Below the pieces are notes generated by a model that was not told the DNA's origin, ran no database searches, and worked only from the letters and a program-made list of their open reading frames with translations. The translations under genes and the position numbers were made by a program. This document shows, in pieces, positions 21,901 to 29,844 of a stretch of DNA of 64,000 bases. Where the stretch lies: positions 60,720 to 124,719 of the IMG/VR virus record IMGVR_UViG_3300008120_000016, one strand, 5' to 3'. The stretch comes from a virus. Each line of letters opens with the position of its first letter. Within the stretch, counting starts at the first letter, position 1.

Positions 21901-23693
21901 TTAAAATTTATACCAAATCCAACAGGTCTTGTAACAATTGTTCTTGATGGTCTACCTGTAGCTGCAGCTAATTCTTCATCAGAAATAACTGGTTTTCCAC
22001 CACCTGAACCAACTGTACTACCTTCTTCATCACCTTGATATTTTTTTAAACCTACGATACGTATTTTCATATTATTATTATTTTGACCTCCATATTCTAA
22101 ATTAGCATACTTTGATGTTGTACTACCAAAAGCATCTCTAGTTTCTTTACCAGTTTTAAAATATTGATATGCACCTGTAGGACCGGCAAAATGAATTGCA
22201 TATTTAATATTATTAATTGGTACTTTTACACCTAGTTCACTTTTTATTTTATTTGCATGCGGTGTCAATACAGTTCTATCCCAGTATTGAAAAGCACGTT
22301 CTTGTGCTTCTGGATTATTTCTAAATTCCTCTTTTGATCTTACACCTGTAACTTGAGTTATCCAATCAGAATTTTGATTCCACAAAAATTGATATTTACC
22401 AACTGCAGATGATGCAAGTGTTCCATCTTTTTTATAAGGAAGTGCTCTATAATCACCTCCACTTTCTTTTTGAGCAATTGTACCAGCTAAACCACCACTA
22501 AATGATCCAGATGATTTTTTACCTGATAAATCAAAATTTAAATAATTTCTAGGATCAACAGCATCAGATCCTAAATTAGGTCTGTAAGTAAAATGTAAAT
22601 GTGGTCCAGTTGATGTTCCTGTATTTCCTGATAAAGCAACATTCTGACCTTTTCTTACTCTATCATTTAATTTAAAATTATAACTATTTAAATGAGCATA
22701 ACCACTTACAGAACCATCATCATGTTTAATAAGCATTTGTTTACCCCCATGACCATCTTCCCACATTTTATAAATTGTACCATCTTTAATAGATCTAACA
22801 TTAGTATTTTCAGGAACAGCAAGATCTAATCCATTGTGATTTGATGATGCTCCTTTTGTAGGAGATTTTCTTGGACCAAACCCACTAGTTAATTTAAAGT
22901 TTTCTACAGGAAGAACGTAATCTTGATCAGAATAATCAGCATCAGCAGAAGAAGAACTTTCTAAAGATGGTGCACTAGAAGATTGCATTTGTACAGGTGA
23001 TGCACCAATGAAAGCATCTGCTGCATTTACATCAGGTAAAAATGCTTTATTTACTATTTGATCTCCTGGAACGAGCATTCCATCAGCAGCTTTAATTAAA
23101 CCACCATATCTAACAAAATTTCTTGAAGCATAATAGGGATTTGCTTGTGTTCCTTTACTTTTATAACCCGTGGTATTTGGTTGGAAACCTCCATCGTTTT
23201 TTTCCCAATCACCTTTGTCAAGCTTGGTATCTACAGCGTAATTATTATCAGGCAATAAACTTTGTCTATTCCAAGCATCAAACTCTTTTTGTTTTTTTCT
23301 TATATCAAAATAATTTAAACCGGCATTTGCTATATTCAATCCCGTATCAAATTTTTGATATGCTCTACCAAAAGCACTATTTCCAAAATTTAAAGGACCT
23401 CTAAACATATCAGCAACACCATCAATAGGACTTAACGTAGTTGTTTTAACTACAGCAGGATCTGTTAATTTTGGAGGAGATTGTTGAACTGCTCCAAAAG
23501 TCCCTTCATTACCTGTTGTTTTTCCACTACTGGGATTTATTCCTAAAGCCCTAGCTCTTTTAAAACCAGGACTATTAAAAATAATACTAGCAGCACCACT
23601 AAAATCACTCATATTCATAGTAGTAGTACTAGTAGTAACTTGAGAAGTTCCTATAACACCTTGATACTTTGGTAATATTTTAACTCTAGGCAT
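18993..23693 (-). CDS. Internal virion protein, 1566 aa, with M23 peptidase and lysozyme/transglycosylase-like domains
   Basis: M23 motifs HNGLD...GYAHL...GPHLHF (~22540-22910). IAQKESGG...SSAVGKYQF lysozyme-like core (~22110-22485). Pro/Thr-rich linker. Multiple [FYM]xxGG motifs. Confidence 0.8.
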   Translation of the reverse strand: MPRVKILPKYQGVIGTSQVTTSTTTMNMSDFSGAASIIFNSPGFKRARALGINPSSGKTTGNEGTFGAVQQSPPKLTDPAVVKTTTLSPIDGVADMFRGPLNFGNSAFGRAYQKFDTGLNIANAGLNYFDIRKKQKEFDAWNRQSLLPDNNYAVDTKLDKGDWEKNDGGFQPNTTGYKSKGTQANPYYASRNFVRYGGLIKAADGMLVPGDQIVNKAFLPDVNAADAFIGASPVQMQSSSAPSLESSSSADADYSDQDYVLPVENFKLTSGFGPRKSPTKGASSNHNGLDLAVPENTNVRSIKDGTIYKMWEDGHGGKQMLIKHDDGSVSGYAHLNSYNFKLNDRVRKGQNVALSGNTGTSTGPHLHFTYRPNLGSDAVDPRNYLNFDLSGKKSSGSFSGGLAGTIAQKESGGDYRALPYKKDGTLASSAVGKYQFLWNQNSDWITQVTGVRSKEEFRNNPEAQERAFQYWDRTVLTPHANKIKSELGVKVPINNIKYAIHFAGPTGAYQYFKTGKETRDAFGSTTSKYANLEYGGQNNNNMKIRIVGLKKYQGDEEGSTVGSGGGKPVISDEELAAATGRPSRTIVTRPVGFGINFNDAQGEGKPGTYDLSLGYRGTVGKEGFKNSAYTAGLTLPGIIRGKGNIGVTGELDRNHYSVGTNMVLPVAGGNLKIKGGYDRQTGNNVQQGSDPSFMQSANNQQGQSRGNFHGGLEYNKSFRKGPNVKISATYGSAPQQMAKGGQPQYSGQSDYGLYIGQRNLYSSMPENPFKSPNNIVTEEEPTEENPHVLEAEGGGKNKIGETILRPDGTHNFILGNRHTDDGVKLNRKQAPPGSFIYSDTGKMKIRDPKILKHFGQSGEKGMTPAKLARQYDVNKFLAILKDPYADALQKQTAMRMVENYQIKLAELALVQEGIKGYPQGVPEVAKAIVGPEQQAQIEQKRQQQGGGQEMPMQRFGGYPQYVDKGEVAEEEKSKEQTTKDTTKSPTTSGTEGVGRPTDNRSTTNDPFGVKNMLTNSGKTATVKVTKAPSAPVNPGPLVGQTRANPTNPQQEEAWDGTKWIPKAEYEQKFLNTTDPSKNTGAAQSPVSAQRYNMPNWFKLWTKSNTPEGRKSPKGRISTYDETQAPKDHLYKGYEYWRNRAGRDFTGPADFQKYVFGELQKENPEAMQYIEKEWGPTAAGKYDDSIFGARTTYAMQQTIPVKTTTKSPEPTPTTSQPPATILTSSTTKPPGGSIPVPTTTLPPRKKIPPKGKWTSQDARNFGNAIADYATLRKYYARRQPVQPVLPQFIPVDWRGMAASLQSSQNAAANQIGTFQGGNAMGANLSFLQGQTGNQLGQYISQTDQYNAAGATAKDSERAGILNQFNMYNAENLNKNWDDNNVYDDRYRRAEREARKGIVKTWNQAEHNASKIYNLNQTEKYFNTDPWTQKIYFKSDAAKAAWEAETRGGSQPNEDEAWAARYAALMNDKNLAMMSAKERSKIVKERLTGNSGGSTIKTQKRTDGQGNVSTVNTVTSQDDDDVTGGSFKKGGSVAFVKAVDSWYKKLNYIADPEERQRVALAYARVMES

Positions 23694-23695
23694 GT

Positions 23696-24274
23696 TTATA
23701 AATATTCAATTTGATAACCTTGTTGAATTAACTTTTGTATATCGTTATGGCTTAAATTATATTCACCACCAACTTGAAATTGTTGTTCAGGTGCTTGTTC
23801 TTGACCACCTTGCATTTGTTGCATTACTTGTTCTATAACCTGTTGAGCCATTTCTGGTGGTACTCCCATTTGAACTAATTGTTGCATAATTTGATCAGGT
23901 TGTGCACCTTGTTGCAACATCTCAGCAACCATTTGCATAAGTTGTTGAGGATCGATTTGTTGACCTTGTTGTTGAGGAGCACCTTGTTGTTCCATCATTT
24001 GTTGTTCCATCATACCACCCTCTTGCATCCAATCTAAAGCAGGTACATAATCTTGACGAGGATAACCAGTATGTTGACTAAATGTAGATAGCTGTTGGTA
24101 CACCCATTGCTCCCATGCCAAATTTAGGTAATCCATATGCACTATCTGCATATTGTGGCATAAATGATCCACCATCATCATAATAAACACCAGCACTATA
24201 TGTACCACCCTCTTCTTTATAATTTTGTTTTCTGTCATAAACTTTTCCCGATGCTCTACCTGCAGCTTTATCAA
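23696..24274 (-). CDS. Gln/Met-rich protein. The called start is doubtful: this is either the frameshifted C-terminus of the upstream 821-aa protein or a short gene starting at MQEGG
   Basis: Only the portion from about YQQLSTFSQHTG onward looks like real protein (MQEGG, QQLMQMVAEMLQQGAQPDQIMQQLVQMG). Overlaps the upstream ORF by 197 nt. Confidence 0.5.
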   Translation of the reverse strand: MIKLQVEHREKFMTENKIIKKRVVHIVLVFIMMMVDHLCHNMQIVHMDYLNLAWEQWVYQQLSTFSQHTGYPRQDYVPALDWMQEGGMMEQQMMEQQGAPQQQGQQIDPQQLMQMVAEMLQQGAQPDQIMQQLVQMGVPPEMAQQVIEQVMQQMQGGQEQAPEQQFQVGGEYNLSHNDIQKLIQQGYQIEYL

Positions 24275-26543
24275 GTTTTTCTTTAGCCATGTTAAAAGGA
24301 GGAGCAGCTGCTGCCTGAAATCTAGTTCCTCTATTAATAGGAGTGGTTACTTGTAATACTTTTCCTACAGTTGGAGACTTAGCAGCTAACTTGTTTGTAA
24401 CATTTACAGTAGCATGAGCTAATGGATTATAATAATCTACTTTATTCTTTATTGGTTGTAAAAATTGTCCTGCTTTACTATTATCAACCCAAGCAATTGC
24501 ATCACCTACTTTGTTAATACCTTTTTTAACAATGTTGCTATTTTTTACAACTTTACCAACACCTCCAGCTTTATTAACAGCTTGTACACCTTCTATACCA
24601 TATTTAACACCTTTTGCAAGTTTACCTAATTTACCTACTACAGGTAGAGCACCAGCTGTTTCTAATAATGCTGAACCTACATTACCCCAACTTGGATTAT
24701 CCCATGCTTTTGAAATTGAACGTCCAGCATCTCCCCAAGAACTTATACCAGAAGGATCAAGAATTTTTACAGCCCCCCAACCTACATCACCCCATGTAGT
24801 ACCACCTTCTTCTTCACCACCAGGTTGATACATTGGATAAGCACCACCATTATCATATGCATGATATCCACCATATCCATAATTTCCACCATAAGCATAA
24901 TTAGGATTTCTACCATAATAATGCATCATATCTAAGTCATCAAGTTCACCACCATCTTTACGAACTTTATTAAAAAAATTAAACAACTTAGCTGCTTTTG
25001 CTATACCTGGTGAATTTCTTGCAGCTCTCCAAGCATCAAGCCCAAGATCAACAGCTTTTGCTCCATACCTTGAAGCAGCAGATGCCGCATCATCATAATA
25101 ACGTCCAGCAGCAGATGCTGCATCATTATAATAACGTCCAGCTGTCGTAACAGCATCATCATACCAAGAACCTCCTGCTTTAGGAGGAGGAGTAGTAGGT
25201 TTAGGAGTTTTAACAGGTGCACCTGATGAAGTAGGTTTTGGTGTAGCAGTAGGTTTTGGTGTAGGTGTTGCAGCAGGTTTAGATTGAGGTGTAGCTTGTT
25301 TGTTTTTCCATCTAGCTTCTGCAGCTCTTTTACCTCTAGCTGAACGTATAGCTTTTGCTTCTTCGTCAGCATCAGCTAAAGATTGTGCTATTTGTCTATC
25401 TTTTACTATTAGATCTTCAGCAGCTGCTTCATTTAACATATCTATTGTCTGAAGATTTCTCATTGCAGTACCAGGACGTGTATTTGCGATATCTCCTGGT
25501 ATTTCCATTGCATCAAGATTATTAAGAATAGCTTTTTGTTCTTTAGGTAATTTATTCCACCATTTTTGAAATTCTCCCATACTTTGCGACATCTTTGCAA
25601 AAGCTTCAGTTCTTAAAGCATTTTGTGCTCTAGTCAGTTTACCTTTTGCAACTCCTCTCATATTAAATTTTCCTTGATTAGCAGCATCCATAAAACCCTT
25701 ATATTCTCTATAAGCCCCATATCCACCTGCACCTGCAGCACCTGCACCTGCTACCATCCAAGGCCATATTGGATTACCATCCTCATCTTGACCAATTGGT
25801 TGTTGCCCTGCTCCACCACCTACAAAAGGATTAACATTATTTTCAGGTCTTAAAACATATTGATATCTTTGAGCATATTCTTGTGGTGTTAATTCTTCAT
25901 CACTTTTAAAACCTCCTGTAGTTGGAGAAGTAGATCCTGTATTTGTAGATGTGCGACGTCCTGGAGCTACATATGTATTTTCATCAAAATTACTTTGTTC
26001 ATTTTCATAATCGTCTAGCAATCCTGGATTTTCTCTTAAGGCTTTTAGTATTTGATTATTTTGATCAGGTCTTCCAGTATAATCAGTAATTCCTAATTTT
26101 TGTGCTAACTTCTGTCTAGATTGTTTTGAAGAAGCTTTATCTTGTGTTTTAAGAAAATCAACAAGACTACCACCACCATAAGGATTTAATTTTGTTTTTG
26201 GTTCACTTGGTGTTGCTGCTGTACTACCAGTTTGCTGATTTGCAGGTGTTGTATTTTGATTTTGAGCAGCAACTGCTTTTTCGTATTCTGCTAATTTAGC
26301 ATTATACTCTTGCATTGCTTGATCATATTTTTCACCAGCACCAGATCCAGTTTGGTAATCTTCTCTTCTAGGCATTACAGGTTTTTCAATAACAGTACTT
26401 GAGCCCGTTTGACCCTGGTATCTTATTAATCCACCATTTCTAAGTTTTTTGATATGTCTATCAAAATGGGCTTCAGTAGGGAACTTCGCATAGAAGTCTC
26501 TTAAGTTAGTTACTCCACCCAGTGCAAAAAATTGATTAAGCAT
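24078..26543 (-). CDS. Internal virion protein, 821 aa, with a DUF3597-like module and a pre-toxin-TG-like helical hairpin
   Basis: GSLVDFLK...SSKQSRQKLAQKLGITDYTGRPDQNNQILKAL (~26040-26178) resembles a module of phage cell-wall hydrolases. LDPSGISSWGD...TAGALPVVGKLGKLAKG (~24590-24800). Many YxxGG motifs. Ends in a rare TAG. Confidence 0.6.
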   Translation of the reverse strand: MLNQFFALGGVTNLRDFYAKFPTEAHFDRHIKKLRNGGLIRYQGQTGSSTVIEKPVMPRREDYQTGSGAGEKYDQAMQEYNAKLAEYEKAVAAQNQNTTPANQQTGSTAATPSEPKTKLNPYGGGSLVDFLKTQDKASSKQSRQKLAQKLGITDYTGRPDQNNQILKALRENPGLLDDYENEQSNFDENTYVAPGRRTSTNTGSTSPTTGGFKSDEELTPQEYAQRYQYVLRPENNVNPFVGGGAGQQPIGQDEDGNPIWPWMVAGAGAAGAGGYGAYREYKGFMDAANQGKFNMRGVAKGKLTRAQNALRTEAFAKMSQSMGEFQKWWNKLPKEQKAILNNLDAMEIPGDIANTRPGTAMRNLQTIDMLNEAAAEDLIVKDRQIAQSLADADEEAKAIRSARGKRAAEARWKNKQATPQSKPAATPTPKPTATPKPTSSGAPVKTPKPTTPPPKAGGSWYDDAVTTAGRYYNDAASAAGRYYDDAASAASRYGAKAVDLGLDAWRAARNSPGIAKAAKLFNFFNKVRKDGGELDDLDMMHYYGRNPNYAYGGNYGYGGYHAYDNGGAYPMYQPGGEEEGGTTWGDVGWGAVKILDPSGISSWGDAGRSISKAWDNPSWGNVGSALLETAGALPVVGKLGKLAKGVKYGIEGVQAVNKAGGVGKVVKNSNIVKKGINKVGDAIAWVDNSKAGQFLQPIKNKVDYYNPLAHATVNVTNKLAAKSPTVGKVLQVTTPINRGTRFQAAAAPPFNMAKEKLDKAAGRASGKVYDRKQNYKEEGGTYSAGVYYDDGGSFMPQYADSAYGLPKFGMGAMGVPTAIYI

Positions 26544-26577
26544 TTTGTTCAGTTTAATTATTATTTAATTTTATATT

Positions 26578-29500
26578 TTATAAGTATTCATTTAACCATC
26601 CTGTTGATCCTCCGTTATCATACATTCCACCACATTGATAACAAGGTTCTCCTCCCATTTTTCTTTTATCATCATATTGTCTAAATGTCAAGTATTGTGC
26701 ATTGTTTTTAACTCTGCTAGCATAATTACTACGTTTATTCCATTTTGTAGGAAGATGTTTCCACATATCTTTTTTCTGTTCAGAAGTTAATTGTTGATTA
26801 TATCTTACCCCAAGAACAACTGCAGTACCCATAGCAGCTTTAGAAGGATCAAGAAAATCTGTATTTTTTGTTATACCTACTTTAGCAAGAGCTTTTTTCT
26901 CATCATTGTTTAATTGAGCCCACCTAAGTTGTGTATAACCAACACTTTGATTTTTATCATCAGCTCTATATGTTTCAGCTTTAGATTTAACATCTGGTCC
27001 TCCTACAGCATCATCTGTTTCTACTTTAAACTTACCACTAAATAAATTACCAATAGTTTTACCGTAATCAATTTTACCAATAGCTTTGATAAGATTGTTA
27101 GGTGCTAAATGTTCATCACCAAAATTTGATTCAGTACCATATATACCAAATGCCATTCTTGCAATTTCATTATAAACATCTGATGGAATACCAGCTGCTT
27201 GCATAATTGCTTTTTTATTATTTACAAGTGATGTATAATATGGTTTAGTAGTATTTTCATATTCCTTTTGGTCATTATAATCCCATGGTGTATAAACATT
27301 TTTTTCAAACTTACCTCTATCAAATATTCCTTGAATAGGTTTATATACTAATGTATTAACACTTCTGTTTACACCTTGTCCTTTTTGAACCCTGCCTTTT
27401 GCATCCTTGTATTGATTATAATTGTTAATGTTTGTATTAACTCTTAATACAGGTTTACCATCTACAATTTGAAATGAATTACCACGGTCTTCAGGTAGTA
27501 CATACATTTTATTACCTACCGTATAACCTGTGTTATAAAGTTCATCCAGATTATAACAAATACCATTTATACAACCATTAGATAATCTATTATTCGCAAT
27601 ATCTTTATCTTTAATTTTTGCAGTTCTATCACCAAAACTACTATGTAGTGCCATTGCAACATTTTCACCTTTGTCGTTTGCAAAGTTCCAAGAAGCTGCA
27701 TCCGAATAATGAGGATCTTTTTTCTGTGAACCAGCCACTGTATATACTCCTGCACCTGTCATTTTATTACCTGCATCCCAATCTACTTTACCGTTTACTA
27801 TTCTTGTAACTGTTTGAGCATCACCAGCACTAGCACCTGTACCAACTGGGTAAGTATTTATAAGTTTATCTCCTTTATATACATTTAATCTTCCTCTTTT
27901 TTTATCTACCACTGTATAAACTTCTTCGGGTTGATTTTTGTAATAAGCAGCTATACGTCTTTCATCACCTGTATAATCACCTTCGTCTTGTAAAGAATTT
28001 AAATACTGATTGTATTTATTTATATCACTCCAGTTTTGCCATTGTTGTTCAACAGCAGGTTGCCCAGCAACAGGTAAAATTAATTTTTGATTTACACCAA
28101 TAACATTAGCATCTTTAATTTTATTTGCTTTTATTAAGTCATTCATAGATACTCCTGTTTCTCTAGAAATTTTACTTAATGTATCACCTTTTTTTACAAC
28201 ATAACTACCACCTTCATTAAAATAATTATTCAACCATCCGCCATGTTTTAAATATCTACCACTTTTAGGATTATATCTTTGTGGGTCATACTTACTTACA
28301 TCACCTGTTTCTGGATTTCTTATCCAAGCACCTTCACCTGGAATGATTGTTAACTTAACTTGTTTACCACCTACGTACACATGCTGAGGCATACCTTCAT
28401 TAGCTATATTACGTCCAGAACTTGAACCATTTGATGAATAAGCAGAACCAGCATCCATTTGGTAATTAGCACCAGGAATACCAAGATCTTTACTTCCTTG
28501 AGAACTTACTAACGTCATATCAGGATACTTATATGTATTTCCTAACATTCTATATCCTATAATATCTCTTCTTCCTCCAACTAAAGGTTGTTTTTGTTGC
28601 ATCCCACGTCTTTCTGCAAATTTGGTTTTATTAGGAATAATAGTTCCTGTAAGTTCATTTTCGACATGTGGAATCCAATCAGTACTAAAAGTTGCATTAG
28701 GATTTAACTTATTATACTGATCTACAAAAGTTTTCGTTTCATTAAATCCTCTCACTTTAGGTTGAACAGCTATTGGATTAGCTTCATCATATCCTACCTG
28801 ATCTCTAATGTAAGAATGTAAATTATTCCATCTTGCTCTATAATCGCTTGGTAAACCAGAAGAAACTTCTTCTTTAGAAGTATTAGTTGAAGAAGGATTT
28901 TCTGTAGCAGGTTTTTCTGTAGTAGGTTTTTCTCCTCCAATATTATATTTATCCAGCCATCCACCATATTTTGCTGTATTAGATTTTATACTTGCTTCAG
29001 GACTTGAAGCACCTGGACCAGGAGGATGTAACTCATTATATGCAGGTCCTTCTTCTTTTATTTTGTTTTGATAATAATCATAATCTGGATGCAATTGATT
29101 ATATTCATTAACAGCTTGTTTATAATTTTTAGGAAAATCTCCTACAATTGCATCCTCATATACAGGACTTACTTTTCCTTCTTCAGGAGCTGGTGGTTTA
29201 CAAACACCTGTTGAAGGATCACAACCTCCACCACCTCCATTATTTCCACCACCTCCACCTCCACCATAATAAATTACAGAGCTACCTTGATAACAAGGTA
29301 CTTCATTACCTTCTTCATCATAACAAATTTCATCGTCATTTCCGTCAAATGGATTTATAAAACTAGATCCTCCACCACCACTACCTCTATTTTTTTTGAC
29401 TCTAGATGGTTTTTCAAATTTCATTTTTCCAGGACTACATACATCTCCAGGACAATCAAAACTTCCTCTACCTCCTTTGCCACCAAATAAATTTCTTAAC

Positions 29501-29844
29501 CAATCCCAAAATCCACCACCTTTTCCAGTACCTCCACCACCTTTAAAATATTCGTCAACATAGTCTGCACCAGGAAAATTTACAGATTGATTTGTATAAG
29601 GTTCTAACCATTCTTCCTGACCTGTGTTTGCTTTAGCTTTTATTCTGTAGGGTGTAGGGTTATATAATGTATCAGATGGTATTCTATAATGAGTTCCATT
29701 AGGAGGTAATCCATTTTTAAAACCATCCATAGAAATATATGGTACAGTTTTTTTACCAGGTAAACGACTTAATCCCTTATTAGGGATGTGTCCAGTTTTA
29801 TCTTTATTCTGAGCAATTATTTTATTTAAATTAGGCCTCTCCAT
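26578..29844 (-). CDS. Internal virion protein, 1088 aa: LysM + L,D-transpeptidase (YkuD)-like + lytic transglycosylase-like domains
   Basis: LysM YVVKKGDTLSKIS...LIKANKIKDANVIGVNQKLILP (~28073-28205). YkuD-like VVDKKRGRLNVYK...YPVGTG...ALHSS...RLSNGCIN (~27560-27925). IYGTESNFG...SVGYTQL...DPSKAA (~26690-27200). Confidence 0.78.
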   Translation of the reverse strand: MERPNLNKIIAQNKDKTGHIPNKGLSRLPGKKTVPYISMDGFKNGLPPNGTHYRIPSDTLYNPTPYRIKAKANTGQEEWLEPYTNQSVNFPGADYVDEYFKGGGGTGKGGGFWDWLRNLFGGKGGRGSFDCPGDVCSPGKMKFEKPSRVKKNRGSGGGGSSFINPFDGNDDEICYDEEGNEVPCYQGSSVIYYGGGGGGGNNGGGGGCDPSTGVCKPPAPEEGKVSPVYEDAIVGDFPKNYKQAVNEYNQLHPDYDYYQNKIKEEGPAYNELHPPGPGASSPEASIKSNTAKYGGWLDKYNIGGEKPTTEKPATENPSSTNTSKEEVSSGLPSDYRARWNNLHSYIRDQVGYDEANPIAVQPKVRGFNETKTFVDQYNKLNPNATFSTDWIPHVENELTGTIIPNKTKFAERRGMQQKQPLVGGRRDIIGYRMLGNTYKYPDMTLVSSQGSKDLGIPGANYQMDAGSAYSSNGSSSGRNIANEGMPQHVYVGGKQVKLTIIPGEGAWIRNPETGDVSKYDPQRYNPKSGRYLKHGGWLNNYFNEGGSYVVKKGDTLSKISRETGVSMNDLIKANKIKDANVIGVNQKLILPVAGQPAVEQQWQNWSDINKYNQYLNSLQDEGDYTGDERRIAAYYKNQPEEVYTVVDKKRGRLNVYKGDKLINTYPVGTGASAGDAQTVTRIVNGKVDWDAGNKMTGAGVYTVAGSQKKDPHYSDAASWNFANDKGENVAMALHSSFGDRTAKIKDKDIANNRLSNGCINGICYNLDELYNTGYTVGNKMYVLPEDRGNSFQIVDGKPVLRVNTNINNYNQYKDAKGRVQKGQGVNRSVNTLVYKPIQGIFDRGKFEKNVYTPWDYNDQKEYENTTKPYYTSLVNNKKAIMQAAGIPSDVYNEIARMAFGIYGTESNFGDEHLAPNNLIKAIGKIDYGKTIGNLFSGKFKVETDDAVGGPDVKSKAETYRADDKNQSVGYTQLRWAQLNNDEKKALAKVGITKNTDFLDPSKAAMGTAVVLGVRYNQQLTSEQKKDMWKHLPTKWNKRSNYASRVKNNAQYLTFRQYDDKRKMGGEPCYQCGGMYDNGGSTGWLNEYL

